15,585 nt of DNA from an uncultured Deinococcales bacterium (GTDB taxonomy: Bacteria; Deinococcota; Deinococci; Deinococcales; JAAFIG01). The notes below the pieces were generated by a model. That model had not been told where the DNA came from. It worked only from the letters and a program-made list of their open reading frames with translations, and made no database searches. The translations under genes and the position numbers were made by a program. Positions within the stretch are counted from its first letter, which is position 1. Each line of letters begins with the position of its first letter. The stretch is from contig CAXTKV010000124.1 in assembly GCA_964244895.1 (NCBI GenBank), positions 1 through 15,585 on the forward strand, written 5' to 3'. Positions 1 through 8,711 of the stretch are shown here, piece by piece.

Positions 1-64
1 GGAGTTAGTTATCAGGGTGCATCTACCAATTAAATGTTCTCAAGTTAAACACCAGGTTTCAACC

Positions 65-91
65 GGGGGCGACCACGTAGCGGTCGCCCCT
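65..91. repeat. GC-rich hairpin (REP-like or terminator/stabiliser-like) upstream of the ABC permease
   Basis: GGGGCGACC (66-74) pairs perfectly with GGTCGCCCC (82-90) around a 7-nt loop ACGTAGC. There is no strong U-tract. It resembles GTAGGGGCGACC-type REP palindromes but lacks the exact GTAG tetranucleotide. Confidence 0.5.
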
Positions 92-152
92 GTGTCATTC
101 CGCCGATTCGCAGATCATCCGAAACGTGTTTGAGTGTCACCTGGAGGCCGCG

Positions 153-1406
153 ATGAAACCCGTCTCGAGAACGAATCGAATCGCCGGACTAGGCGTGAAT
201 GGAGTCGCCGGACTGGGCGTGAACAGAATCGCGTTGCTGGGCGGGCTGATCGGCCTTCTGAGCGCGATCTTTTTGTCTTTTTTGACGCTCAAACCGAACC
301 GTCTGGCGGCTGGGCGCGGCGTGCGCACCTTCGAGATCGGGCTCGGGTTCTGGGTGTTGCCCGCACTGGCCGCGCTGGTGCTGATCGCGGCCTTCGCGAA
401 CCCCAGGTTTCGAGGCATCGCGCTCTCGGCGCTCGGGTCGGTCTGGCTGGTGCTCGAGGTCGCGCTCGTCGGCCTGGGCGCGACGAAGCTGTTGTCCGGC
501 GCGAGCGAGATCGCGCGTGTCTCTGTCGGATCGGCGGGCTGGTTGGGATTGCTGGCGGGCGCAACCGTGCTGTTTGCGGCTGGGCGCGACCTGGACGCGT
601 ATCGGAGCGTGCCGTCCTGGACGGTTTATTTCGCGCCCATCATCGCGGTGGGCATCGTGGCCTTCGGTGGCGTGTCTGACCTGTCAGTGATGCGCGAGTA
701 CGCGGCCAACGCGGACGTGTTCGGGGCGCGCGTGCTGGAACACGTTTCGCTGGCGGGCGCGGCCTTGCTGATCTCGAGCCTGATCGGCTTTCCGTTGGGC
801 GCGTGGGCCTCGCGCAGCGCGCGCGTCGGCGGCATCGTGCTGGGCGTCTCGAGCGCCTTGCAGACGATCCCGAGCATCGCCCTCTTGACCATTCTGATCG
901 CGCCCTTCTCGGCGCTGTCGCGCGCATTCCCAGCGCTCGAGGCCATCGGTGTGCGCGGCATCGGGGCTGCACCCGCGCTGACGGCTTTGACGCTGTACGG
1001 TCTGCTGCCGATCGTGCGCGGCACGGTTAACGGCTTGCGCAGCGTGCCACCCGCCGCGCTCGAGGCGGGGCGCGGCATGGGCATGACGGCCTCGCAGCGG
1101 TTCTGGCGGGTGGAACTGCCGCTCGCGTTGCCGCTGGTGCTGTCCGGCTTGCGGACGGGCGCGGTCAGCATGGTGGGTCTGACCGCGCTCTCGAGTCTGG
1201 TCGGGGCGGGCGGCCTGGGCGCGTTCATCTTCGCGGGATTGGGCGGCGCGGCGCTCGATCAGGTGCTCTTGGGCGCGATTCCCGTGCTGGCGCTGGCCAT
1301 CGTCACGGACACGATTTTTGGCGCGTTTGAGCGGTTGGCCGTGCCACGCGGCCTGCGAGAGCCGCACGCCTCGAGCCGCAAGCCGCAAGTCCTGGAGGCA
1401 GCATGA
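153..1406 (+). CDS. yehY: Osmoprotectant/glycine betaine-type ABC transporter permease (YehY-like)
   Basis: Multi-TM protein with N-terminal KPNRLAAG motif, QTIPSIAL and an EAA loop (ALEAGRGMGMT). The start was moved from GTG 126 to ATG 153 because GGAGG lies at 143-147. The stop overlaps the next ATG (ATGA). Confidence 0.9.
   Translation: MKPVSRTNRIAGLGVNGVAGLGVNRIALLGGLIGLLSAIFLSFLTLKPNRLAAGRGVRTFEIGLGFWVLPALAALVLIAAFANPRFRGIALSALGSVWLVLEVALVGLGATKLLSGASEIARVSVGSAGWLGLLAGATVLFAAGRDLDAYRSVPSWTVYFAPIIAVGIVAFGGVSDLSVMREYAANADVFGARVLEHVSLAGAALLISSLIGFPLGAWASRSARVGGIVLGVSSALQTIPSIALLTILIAPFSALSRAFPALEAIGVRGIGAAPALTALTLYGLLPIVRGTVNGLRSVPPAALEAGRGMGMTASQRFWRVELPLALPLVLSGLRTGAVSMVGLTALSSLVGAGGLGAFIFAGLGGAALDQVLLGAIPVLALAIVTDTIFGAFERLAVPRGLREPHASSRKPQVLEAA
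173..232 (+). repeat. 24-bp in-frame tandem repeat (~2.5 copies) at the 5' end of the permease
   Basis: TCGCCGGACTAGGCGTGAATGGAG (181-204) and TCGCCGGACTGGGCGTGAACAGAA (205-228) encode NRIAGLGV-NGVAGLGV-NRIA. Confidence 0.8.
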
Positions 1407-2503
1407 TTCGTTTCGAGCACGTTTTCAAACGCTACGCGGAACTGACCGCCGTCAACGACCTCGATCTCGAGATTGATCGGGGTGAGGTCTGCGTGCTGAT
1501 CGGCCCGAGCGGCTGCGGAAAAACCACCACCATGCGCATGATCAACCGCCTGATCGAACCATCACAGGGGCGCATCTTGATCGACGGCAAGGACTCGAGC
1601 GCCCTCGCGCCCGCCGAACTGCGGCGCGGCATGGGCTACGCGATTCAGGGCGTGGGTTTGTTCCCGCACCTGACGGTCGCGCAAAACGTGGCGACCGTGC
1701 CCGGATTGCTGGGCTGGACCAAGGATCGGATCAAGACCCGAGTGACCGAATTGCTCGAGCTGGTCGGGCTGCCCGGTTACGCGGACGCGTTCCCTCGGGA
1801 GCTTTCCGGCGGGCAAGCGCAACGCGTCGGCGTGGCTCGGGCGCTGGCGGCTGACCCGCCGATCTTGCTGATGGACGAACCCTTCGGCGCGGTCGATCCG
1901 CTGACCCGCGAGCGCTTGCAGGACGAATTCTCGCGCCTGCAAAAATCCCTGAAAAAAACCGTCGTGTTCGTGACGCACGACATGGACGAAGCCATCAAGC
2001 TGGCGGATCGAATCGCCATCATGAAGGACGGCCACCTGGTGCAATTCGACACGCCGGAAGGTTTATTGGAGCAGCCCGCCGACGATTTCGTGCGCGATTT
2101 CGTGGGTGCGGATCGCGGCCTGAAACGCCTGGGGCGCGTGCGCGTGCGCGAGGTCATGCGTCCGACCGCCAGCGTGCGCACGACGGATTCCCTGGATACG
2201 GTGCGCGGCGTGCTCGAGCGCACCCGCGCGCAGAGCGCCTTCGTGACCGACGAATCCGGCGTGCTGCTGGGCTGGGTGGATCGCGGCGCGAAGGGCAAAG
2301 ACGTGCTTCAGGCGATGTCCAAGCACCCGTGGGCGCAGATCGCCGCACGCGACGAATCCAGCGTGCGCGAGGCGCTTTCCCGCATGATCGGCGAGGGCTT
2401 CCGCGTGCTGGCCGTGGTGGACGACGCGGGCAAATTGCTGGGTCAGATCGACCTGGCGACCATCGAGAACATCAACCTCTCACCCGCTCAGGCGGCGTCG
2501 TGA
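1403..2503 (+). CDS. yehX: Osmoprotectant ABC transporter ATP-binding protein with C-terminal CBS domains (YehX/OpuCA/ProV-like)
   Basis: Walker A GPSGCGKT, signature LSGGQ, Walker B LLMDEPFGAVD, H-loop VTHD and a CBS-like C-terminus. GGAGG lies upstream and the gene is translationally coupled to the previous one. Confidence 0.93.
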   Translation: MIRFEHVFKRYAELTAVNDLDLEIDRGEVCVLIGPSGCGKTTTMRMINRLIEPSQGRILIDGKDSSALAPAELRRGMGYAIQGVGLFPHLTVAQNVATVPGLLGWTKDRIKTRVTELLELVGLPGYADAFPRELSGGQAQRVGVARALAADPPILLMDEPFGAVDPLTRERLQDEFSRLQKSLKKTVVFVTHDMDEAIKLADRIAIMKDGHLVQFDTPEGLLEQPADDFVRDFVGADRGLKRLGRVRVREVMRPTASVRTTDSLDTVRGVLERTRAQSAFVTDESGVLLGWVDRGAKGKDVLQAMSKHPWAQIAARDESSVREALSRMIGEGFRVLAVVDDAGKLLGQIDLATIENINLSPAQAAS

Positions 2504-2563
2504 CCGTCGTTCCGGTCATGCGGTGGGTGCTGTGACTTTTACACCGATCACGCGGAGGGCGCT

Positions 2564-3343
2564 GTGATTCTCTCGAGTACGCGCCAGACGGCGCGCTCGA
2601 GCACGGAATCTCAGGTCGCTCGAGTCCTGGTGCTTTCGCTGATCGCGCTCGCCGCGCTCTTGGCGCTGTTCGCGTGGACGGCACCGTGGCAGACGGCACT
2701 TCACGCGTTGTTTCCGCTGGAACGGGACGTGCTGTACGGTCAGGAACCGCTGGTCAGCCTGGCGCTCAGGCACCTGCAACTCGTGTTCGCCTCGAGCCTG
2801 TTGACGATCCTGATCGCCGTTCCGCTCGGCGTGTTCGTCACGCGAGACGCCGGAAAGGAATTCCTGCCGCTGGTGGAACGTCTGGCGGCGCTCGGGCAGA
2901 CCTTCCCGCCGGTGGCGGTGCTGTCGCTGACGTACCCCGCGCTCGGGTTCGGCTTCGGCCCGAGCCTGGTGGCGCTGTCCATTTACGGATTGCTACCCGT
3001 GCTGGCGGGCACGATTGCCGGACTGCGGGCCGTGCCACCCGACGCGCTCGAGGCCGCCAGGGGCATGGGCATGACGCCGTGGCAGACGCTCTTGCGCGTG
3101 GAATTGCCGTTGGGTGCGCGCGTGATTCTGGGCGGCGTGCGCACCAGCGTCGTGGTCAACGTCGGCACCGCCGCCATCGGTGCGGCCATCGGCGCGGGCG
3201 GGCTGGGCTTGCCTATTTTTGCGGGGCTGGAGAATCAGAACTTCGCCTACGTCCTGGAAGGCGCGATCCCGACGGCGTTGCTGGCGTTGTGGGCGGATGC
3301 GAGCCTGGGCGCTTTAGAGCGTGCGTTGACGCGAGGTGTGTAA
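2564..3343 (+). CDS. yehW: Osmoprotectant ABC transporter permease (YehW-like)
   Basis: GQTFPPVAVL and GFG motifs, EAA loop ALEAARGMGMT, GAGGLG. GGAGG lies just upstream of the GTG start. Confidence 0.9.
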   Translation: MILSSTRQTARSSTESQVARVLVLSLIALAALLALFAWTAPWQTALHALFPLERDVLYGQEPLVSLALRHLQLVFASSLLTILIAVPLGVFVTRDAGKEFLPLVERLAALGQTFPPVAVLSLTYPALGFGFGPSLVALSIYGLLPVLAGTIAGLRAVPPDALEAARGMGMTPWQTLLRVELPLGARVILGGVRTSVVVNVGTAAIGAAIGAGGLGLPIFAGLENQNFAYVLEGAIPTALLALWADASLGALERALTRGV

Positions 3344-3344
3344 G

Positions 3345-3403
3345 AAACACCGTCCCACACAGTGTTTTTAGAGTCTCGAGAAAGTGCGTTCTGGACGGTG
3401 TTT
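3345..3403. repeat. Paired-palindrome intergenic element R1 (long class, 59 bp)
   Basis: AAACACCGTCCCACACAGTG...TGCGTTCTGGACGGTGTTT, core centres 3356 and 3392 (36 bp). It lies between convergent genes. Confidence 0.88.
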
Positions 3404-3446
3404 GGAAAAAGTGATCGCTCGCGGATAACGCGGCGGCTCGAGAATT

Positions 3447-4220
3447 TCAATCCTTGAAAAACTGGTTCAAAGCCAGCACGAAGATTTCTTTTTGATCCAG
3501 GTACGCGGCGTGCCCAGCGAAGGGAATGTTCAGCAGCCTCGAGTGCTCGACCAAGCCGCGCAGTTCGGTGACAGCCTCGAGCGAGATCAGGTGATCGTTG
3601 TCGCCGCGCACGATCAACAGCGGGCAGGCGATGCCCTGCACGGCCTCGTTGACGTAGCCGGAATGATTCGGATCGAGCCACATCTGGATCACGGATCGGG
3701 CGAGCAGGTCAAAATTCGGTTCGGGGTTCAGGCGCTGGTACGCCTCGAACGTCTCGGGAAATTTGGTTCGCCAGCTTTCGCCCGTGATCTTCAAGAATAT
3801 GTCTCGGGTCGGTTCCGTGTTCTTCACGTGCCATCTCGAGTCGATGGTGATGAGCTTTTCGATCTTCAAATCGCTCAGCGTCGCGAGCCTGTACGCGACG
3901 ATCCCGCCGTCGCTGAAACCGATGATGCTCAAACGATCAATTCCCAGGTGCGCCAGAACGCGCTCGGCATCGTTTTGAATCTGCGCGTAAGTCAGCGCTG
4001 TTGAGCCGAGCGTCGATTTGCCCTGACCCCTGGAATCGATCCCGATCACGCGGAATTCTTTGTGCAGGTCGGGCAGGATCGCGTTGAAATCTTCGAGCGT
4101 GCCGAAGCCACCGTGCAACACCAGCAAGGCGGGGCTGTCTTCTTTGCCAATGACCTCGTAATAGATTCGCGCGCCGTCCGCTTCCAGGTGTGTTCCCGAA
4201 GTGTGATCGAAGGTTTTCAC
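3447..4220 (-). CDS. Alpha/beta fold hydrolase (257 aa)
   Basis: HGG oxyanion motif, nucleophile elbow GFSDGG, acid in GDND, His in AGH. The true start is probably GTG at 4220 with SD AGGAGG upstream; the longer ORF to 4406 runs through repeat R2. Confidence 0.9.
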   Translation of the reverse strand: MKTFDHTSGTHLEADGARIYYEVIGKEDSPALLVLHGGFGTLEDFNAILPDLHKEFRVIGIDSRGQGKSTLGSTALTYAQIQNDAERVLAHLGIDRLSIIGFSDGGIVAYRLATLSDLKIEKLITIDSRWHVKNTEPTRDIFLKITGESWRTKFPETFEAYQRLNPEPNFDLLARSVIQMWLDPNHSGYVNEAVQGIACPLLIVRGDNDHLISLEAVTELRGLVEHSRLLNIPFAGHAAYLDQKEIFVLALNQFFKD

Positions 4221-4329
4221 TGGACACCTCCTGCGCAGGATCTCTCGCGCAACCCCGGTACACTTTGATGCACCACGCAAAAGGGTGTGTAATCGAAATC
4301 TCTCTTGAGGCGCGCAATTATGGAAACGG

Positions 4330-4387
4330 GAAGACCGTCCCACACGGTATTCTCGAGAATCAAGAAACTGCGTTCTGGACGGCGTTC
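4330..4387. repeat. Paired-palindrome intergenic element R2 (long class, 58 bp)
   Basis: GAAGACCGTCCCACACGGTA...TGCGTTCTGGACGGCGTTC, core centres 4341 and 4376 (35 bp). Confidence 0.86.
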
Positions 4388-4402
4388 TCGAGATCGAGAC
4401 GA

Positions 4403-5473
4403 TCACCTTGCGCGCGTTTTTAACTCGAGCAGCACCCGATCAATCCAGGCGTTCATCGGTCGAATCTGTTTTTCCATCTCTTCCGCGTCCAGCGTATCGC
4501 TGCAATCGTTGAGGTACGTGTAGGCCAGCGTCAAGCCGTCCGGCATCTCCAGGTAGCCCGTCAGCGTCAGGATGCGCCAGCCGCTCCCAGCTTTGGCGGC
4601 GCGGTAGGCGGCGCGGATCGGCGCGTCCTTCGGGATGCAGCAGCCGTGGCGCATGATCTCGCGGAAGATGCGGCGCGTGCGCGGCTTCAGGTCGATGGCG
4701 GGCAGCGCGTTGGCGATCAGGTCGGTGTACGCGGCGGCGGTGGTGGTGTTCTGCAACCACAGTTCCAGATCGGGCGTGTAGCTCGGGCCGTGAAAGTACC
4801 CGTCCAGCGCGTCCTCGACGGCGGGTGCGGTCACCTGTCGCGCGGCGGCGATCAGCAGGGCCGCCGTCTCGAGCCGTCGATCGAAGGGTTGGTCTGCGTA
4901 GACCCGAGCGCCAGCCAGCGCGTCGGAACCCAGAACCTGAGAAGCCAATCCAGCTTGCGCCGTCCACCAGGCTTTGGTGGTCAACAGCACCGTCGTACAC
5001 GGGCTTTTGGCTTTGATCTCTCTCGCCAGGGCTTTGGGGCCGACCGTCAGGTGCAGGATGTCGCTGGCGGTGTTGTCGCTGTCGCGGATGGCGCGCTCCA
5101 TCAGGTCTCGCAGGCGGTGCGTGCCGCGCGGGTACGATTCGATGCTGCGGTTGGCGGGCGTGGTCGTGAACGGCTGCTCGAGCTTGAGCGTCCCGGCGTC
5201 CACGGCGCGCAGGGCGGCCTGAACCACCAGGGTTTTGAAGATGCTGGCGGTCGGAAAGACCGCCGTCGGATCGCCGAGCGCGAGGGATGAGACGCGAAGG
5301 CCTTTGCGGTAGGCCGCCGCGTAAAACCCGATTCGACCGGTCACGATTTCTGGCAGGACGGCTCGCGGCGCGGGCGCGGTGACATCCTGGCCGCAAGAGG
5401 TGGGTTGCACTGAGACCGCCCAACTCGCGCCGAGCATCATCAGGCACAGCGCGAGCGGGGCGAGTCGGTTCAT
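4403..5473 (-). CDS. Secreted class A beta-lactamase-like serine hydrolase (PBP/beta-lactamase fold)
   Basis: Signal-peptide-like N-terminus (MNRLAPLALCLMMLGASWA), SxxK (ASIFK), SDN (DSDNTA), NTTT and KTG-equivalent KAG. Start taken at ATG 5473. Confidence 0.85.
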   Translation of the reverse strand: MNRLAPLALCLMMLGASWAVSVQPTSCGQDVTAPAPRAVLPEIVTGRIGFYAAAYRKGLRVSSLALGDPTAVFPTASIFKTLVVQAALRAVDAGTLKLEQPFTTTPANRSIESYPRGTHRLRDLMERAIRDSDNTASDILHLTVGPKALAREIKAKSPCTTVLLTTKAWWTAQAGLASQVLGSDALAGARVYADQPFDRRLETAALLIAAARQVTAPAVEDALDGYFHGPSYTPDLELWLQNTTTAAAYTDLIANALPAIDLKPRTRRIFREIMRHGCCIPKDAPIRAAYRAAKAGSGWRILTLTGYLEMPDGLTLAYTYLNDCSDTLDAEEMEKQIRPMNAWIDRVLLELKTRAR

Positions 5474-5547
5474 GTGTTTCGCATGATGGCACGGGGTTCG
5501 CACGCACGCTAGCGATCTCGAACGCGACAGCTAACATCTTATCTCTC

Positions 5548-5610
5548 GAGAACACCGTCCCAGACAGTGTTTTTAACATCTCAAGAAACCACGTCCCAGA
5601 CGGTGTTCTC
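5548..5610. repeat. Paired-palindrome intergenic element R3 (long class)
   Basis: GAGAACACCGTCCCAGACAGTG...CACGTCCCAGACGGTGTTCTC with 12-bp perfect terminal inverted repeats, core centres 5561 and 5597 (36 bp). It lies 1 bp from the methyltransferase stop codon. Confidence 0.9.
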
Positions 5611-5611
5611 G

Positions 5612-6415
5612 TTATTTGATCACGGTCGAGCGAACAGCCCAGGCGCGCGCAATCAAAGAGATCGAGCCGTCGGGTTGTATCGGCAGGCGCTCCCGGATGG
5701 ATTCCCGGAGCCGCGCCCGAGCGTCCTCGCTGAGCGACATGGCGTAGGTCGGGGCTGAACCCTGGCCGCCCAGGAATGGCTGCCAGTAATCATCGAAGCT
5801 TTCAAATGGCGTGGGAATGTCGATTGGTGCCACGTCAATTTCTTTCAGGCCTGCGCGGGCAAAAAGGGCTCTGAGCGCGTCCGGGTGGCACAGCGGGAAC
5901 CGAGCGCTTTCGTCGAACGTTGCGGCTTCGAGATCCAGCGCGACCGCCGCATCCCAGAAGTACCGCATCAGTTCCATTTTTTCGGCGTAATCCCAGACGT
6001 AGGCCCCGATAATGGCTCGGTTGGTTGAAACCCGAATCATTTCCTTCAGGGCTGCGAGTTGATCGGGCACGAAGTTCAACACGAGACCAGAAACGACTGC
6101 ATCCACGGACGCGTCCTGTAGGGGGATGGCGGTCGCGTCACCCGTGTAGAACGTCGCGTATCCAGAGAGGGTCTTCCTGGCGGTCTCCAGAAATCCCTCT
6201 GAGGGTTCCACGCCAGTCACGGAAGCGGGTGAGCCGTGCTCGAGGATCGCGGCGCACAACGCGCCCGTGCCGCAACCGACGTCCAGCCAGCGTCGATCGG
6301 GTGGCGCGCTCAGCCAATTCAGAAAAATGGGTGCGACCCGGCGGCTCCAGCGACCGACGTACCGCTCGTAGGAATCGCCTTTTTCCCAGGTATCAGGTAA
6401 GGGTTTACTGTCCAC
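5612..6415 (-). CDS. Class I SAM-dependent methyltransferase
   Basis: Motif I WLDVGCGTG, GVEPS, GDATAIP and VDAVVSGLVLNF. GTG start with SD AAAGGAG 5 nt upstream. Confidence 0.92.
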   Translation of the reverse strand: MDSKPLPDTWEKGDSYERYVGRWSRRVAPIFLNWLSAPPDRRWLDVGCGTGALCAAILEHGSPASVTGVEPSEGFLETARKTLSGYATFYTGDATAIPLQDASVDAVVSGLVLNFVPDQLAALKEMIRVSTNRAIIGAYVWDYAEKMELMRYFWDAAVALDLEAATFDESARFPLCHPDALRALFARAGLKEIDVAPIDIPTPFESFDDYWQPFLGGQGSAPTYAMSLSEDARARLRESIRERLPIQPDGSISLIARAWAVRSTVIK

Positions 6416-6490
6416 GATGGCTCCTTTGCTGATGCTGGCTCGAGACTTCAGCTGTCGGTTGGCGATGCGCTAAGGGGCTTCTCGAGGATA

Positions 6491-6548
6491 CGACACCGTC
6501 CAGCACACGATTTCTCGGGGCTCAAGAACCGCGTGCAGAACGGTCTTC
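6491..6548. repeat. Paired-palindrome intergenic element R4 (long class, 58 bp)
   Basis: CGACACCGTCCAGCACACG...CGCGTGCAGAACGGTCTTC, core centres 6502 and 6537 (35 bp). CTCGAG flanks it on both sides (6481, 6548). Confidence 0.8.
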
Positions 6549-6604
6549 TCGAGACATGAAAACGGGTCGCTTTGCGCGACCCGTTCAGATTCGTGGCTCG
6601 GGCT

Positions 6605-7486
6605 TTAACCCTTGACCGCACCCGCCGTCAGGCCGGAAATGATGCGGTTCTGGAAGATCAAGACCAGGATGATCAACGGCACCGTGACCACGATCGAACC
6701 CGCCATGATCGGCCCCCACGGGACTTCCTGGGCGCTGTTGGCGCGGAACAAGCCGATGGCGACGGGCACGGTGCGGGCGGTGTTGTCGATCGTGAAGGTC
6801 AGCGCGAACAGGTATTCGTTCCACGCGCCGATAAAGGCCAGCAAGCCGGTCGTGACCAGGCCCGGCCCCATCACGGGCAAGAGTACGAAGCGCAGGGTCT
6901 GCACGGTGCTCGCGCCGTCCACGATGGCGGCTTCCTCGAGTTCGCCGGGGATGTCGCGCACGAAGCTGGTCAGCACCCAGACGGTGAACGGCAGCGTGCC
7001 GATCAGGTAAGAAAAAATCAATCCAGCGTGCGTGTTGTACAAGCCGAGTGCGTTGATCAGCGTGAACAATCCGGGCAGCACCGCGATGTTCGGAAATATG
7101 GAGACGGACAAAATCAGGTACAGCACGAAGGTCTTGCCGCGAAACCGGAATCGCCCGAGCGCGTATGCGGACAGCGCCCCCAGCAGCAACGAGAGCAGCA
7201 CCGTGCCGCCCGCGATGATCAGGGAATTCAGCAGGTTCACGCCGAAAGCTTGCTTGGTGAAGACGTTGATGTAGTGATCGAAGGTGATGCTGGTCGGGAT
7301 GTAATGAATGTCGTACCGCGCGACCGTCGGCGTGATCGAACCCACGATCGCCCAGTAGAACGGGAAGATCGTGTAAATGAAGATGATCGCCACCACCAGG
7401 TAAAACAGCACGCGACCCAGCACCTCTAAGGGTTTCGGGCCGGAACGCCTGCGGGGCAACGAGACGGTGGAACTCGAGATCGCCAT
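6605..7486 (-). CDS. malG: Carbohydrate ABC transporter permease (MalG/ThuG-like)
   Basis: [18 protein letters not shown] loop [20 protein letters not shown] and C-terminal GLTAGAVKG. Confidence 0.93.
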   Translation of the reverse strand: MAISSSTVSLPRRRSGPKPLEVLGRVLFYLVVAIIFIYTIFPFYWAIVGSITPTVARYDIHYIPTSITFDHYINVFTKQAFGVNLLNSLIIAGGTVLLSLLLGALSAYALGRFRFRGKTFVLYLILSVSIFPNIAVLPGLFTLINALGLYNTHAGLIFSYLIGTLPFTVWVLTSFVRDIPGELEEAAIVDGASTVQTLRFVLLPVMGPGLVTTGLLAFIGAWNEYLFALTFTIDNTARTVPVAIGLFRANSAQEVPWGPIMAGSIVVTVPLIILVLIFQNRIISGLTAGAVKG

Positions 7487-7497
7487 GGTTGCCCCTT

Positions 7498-8406
7498 TCA
7501 GTCGAACTTGACGCGCGAGGTCGTGATGTAGATGACGGCGAACGTCCCGATGATCAAGAAGATCATGACCGATATGGCGGAACCGAACCCGAGTTCGCTG
7601 AAGTCGATCAGGTGCTGACGGTTGTAGACGCTCATGGACATGGTGGCGCGGTTGGTGCCCGTCATGATCTGGATCACGTCGAAGACGCGCAGCGCGTCCA
7701 GCGTGCGGAAGATCATCGTGACCAGAATCGATGGAGCCAGGAGCGGCAGCGTGATGCGGAAGAACTGGCGGATCGTGCTCGCGCCGTCGACCCTGGCGGC
7801 CTCGTAGATATCGCCGGGAATGGATTGCAACCCGGCCAGCAGCAGCAGCGCCACGAAGGGAGTCGTTTTCCAGACATCCACCGCGATGATCGAACCGAGC
7901 GTGGTGCTGGGATCAGCGATCCAGGCGACGGGCTTGGAGATGATGTGAAGCTTCATAAAGAGGTCGTTGATCACGCCGAACACGTCGTTGTACATGTACT
8001 TCCACATCTGGCTCGAGACGGCGGTCGGGATCGCCCACGGCACCAGCACGGCGGCGCGCATCGCACCGCGACCGGGGAAGTTCGAGTTGATCACCATCGC
8101 CAATCCGAGCCCGAGCACGAACTCGAAAGCGACCGTGATGACGGTGAAGACGACCGTGTTCTTGACCGATGTCCACCAGTCGGCGTTGGTCAAGAGGTAC
8201 GCGAAGTTGGCGAAACCGACAAATTTATCCTCGCCGGGCCGCAGGAAACTGGCGTTGGTGAAGGCGTGTCGGACGGTTTCAAAAAGCGGGTAGCCCGCCG
8301 TCAGCGCGATCACGATCAATGTCGGCGTGACCAGCAACCAGGCGGTGCGGGCGCGTCTGGCGGCGAGCGATCCACCGGGGGCCGGACTTGCGGTTCTTGT
8401 GGCCAT
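7498..8406 (-). CDS. malF: Carbohydrate ABC transporter permease (MalF/ThuF-like)
   Basis: [22 protein letters not shown] and EAA loop [20 protein letters not shown] lies upstream. Confidence 0.93.
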   Translation of the reverse strand: MATRTASPAPGGSLAARRARTAWLLVTPTLIVIALTAGYPLFETVRHAFTNASFLRPGEDKFVGFANFAYLLTNADWWTSVKNTVVFTVITVAFEFVLGLGLAMVINSNFPGRGAMRAAVLVPWAIPTAVSSQMWKYMYNDVFGVINDLFMKLHIISKPVAWIADPSTTLGSIIAVDVWKTTPFVALLLLAGLQSIPGDIYEAARVDGASTIRQFFRITLPLLAPSILVTMIFRTLDALRVFDVIQIMTGTNRATMSMSVYNRQHLIDFSELGFGSAISVMIFLIIGTFAVIYITTSRVKFD

Positions 8407-8507
8407 CGTTCCTCCTCGGGTCTCGAGCCTGGCGGTCGACGATAGGGGTTTGAATGTGCGTTTCGTTTATCGCTCGCAAAACGGAATTCTCTATGGTGAT
8501 CACGCAG

Positions 8508-8565
8508 AAGCATCGTCCCGCGCGCGAGAATCTCGTATCAGATATTTGCGTCCCGGACGGTCTTT
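8508..8565. repeat. Paired-palindrome intergenic element R5 (long class, degenerate, 58 bp)
   Basis: AAGCATCGTCCCGCGCGCG...TGCGTCCCGGACGGTCTTT, core centres 8519 and 8554 (35 bp). It sits inside the sugar operon. Confidence 0.7.
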
Positions 8566-8662
8566 ATAGAACGCAGCTTTGAGGATGCCCCAAGTTTAAG
8601 CGCCTGCGCTGTCCAAAACCGTGATGCTCGAGATCATAGGGTGAGGGCTGAGCGCTGAAATG

Positions 8663-8696
8663 CGAGCGGGCGGGAGCTTTCACCCCCGCCCGCTCG
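8663..8696 (-). terminator. Strong stem-loop just 3' of the binding-protein gene (mRNA stabiliser or partial terminator)
   Basis: 12-bp perfect stem CGAGCGGGCGGG/CCCGCCCGCTCG, 15 nt after the stop codon. Only a weak U-run (CATTTC) follows. Confidence 0.75.
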
Positions 8697-8711
8697 AGGC
8701 TCAGTTCTGGC

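Noticed and set aside
2500..2535. 11-codon mini-ORF (VTVVPVMRWVL) overlapping the yehX stop (GTGA)
   Set aside because: Too short to support. It could be a relic N-terminus, but yehW has its own SD and start at 2564.
4229..4240. Perfect 12-bp palindrome TCCTGCGCAGGA overlapping the hydrolase SD
   Set aside because: Single occurrence with no associated regulator, so it cannot be distinguished from chance.
4440..5579. 379-aa minus-strand ORF
   Set aside because: Arg/Pro-rich alternative frame overlapping the serine hydrolase and starting inside repeat R3, typical of high-GC DNA.
6572..8445. 285-aa and 318-aa plus-strand ORFs
   Set aside because: Antisense to the malG and malF permeases.
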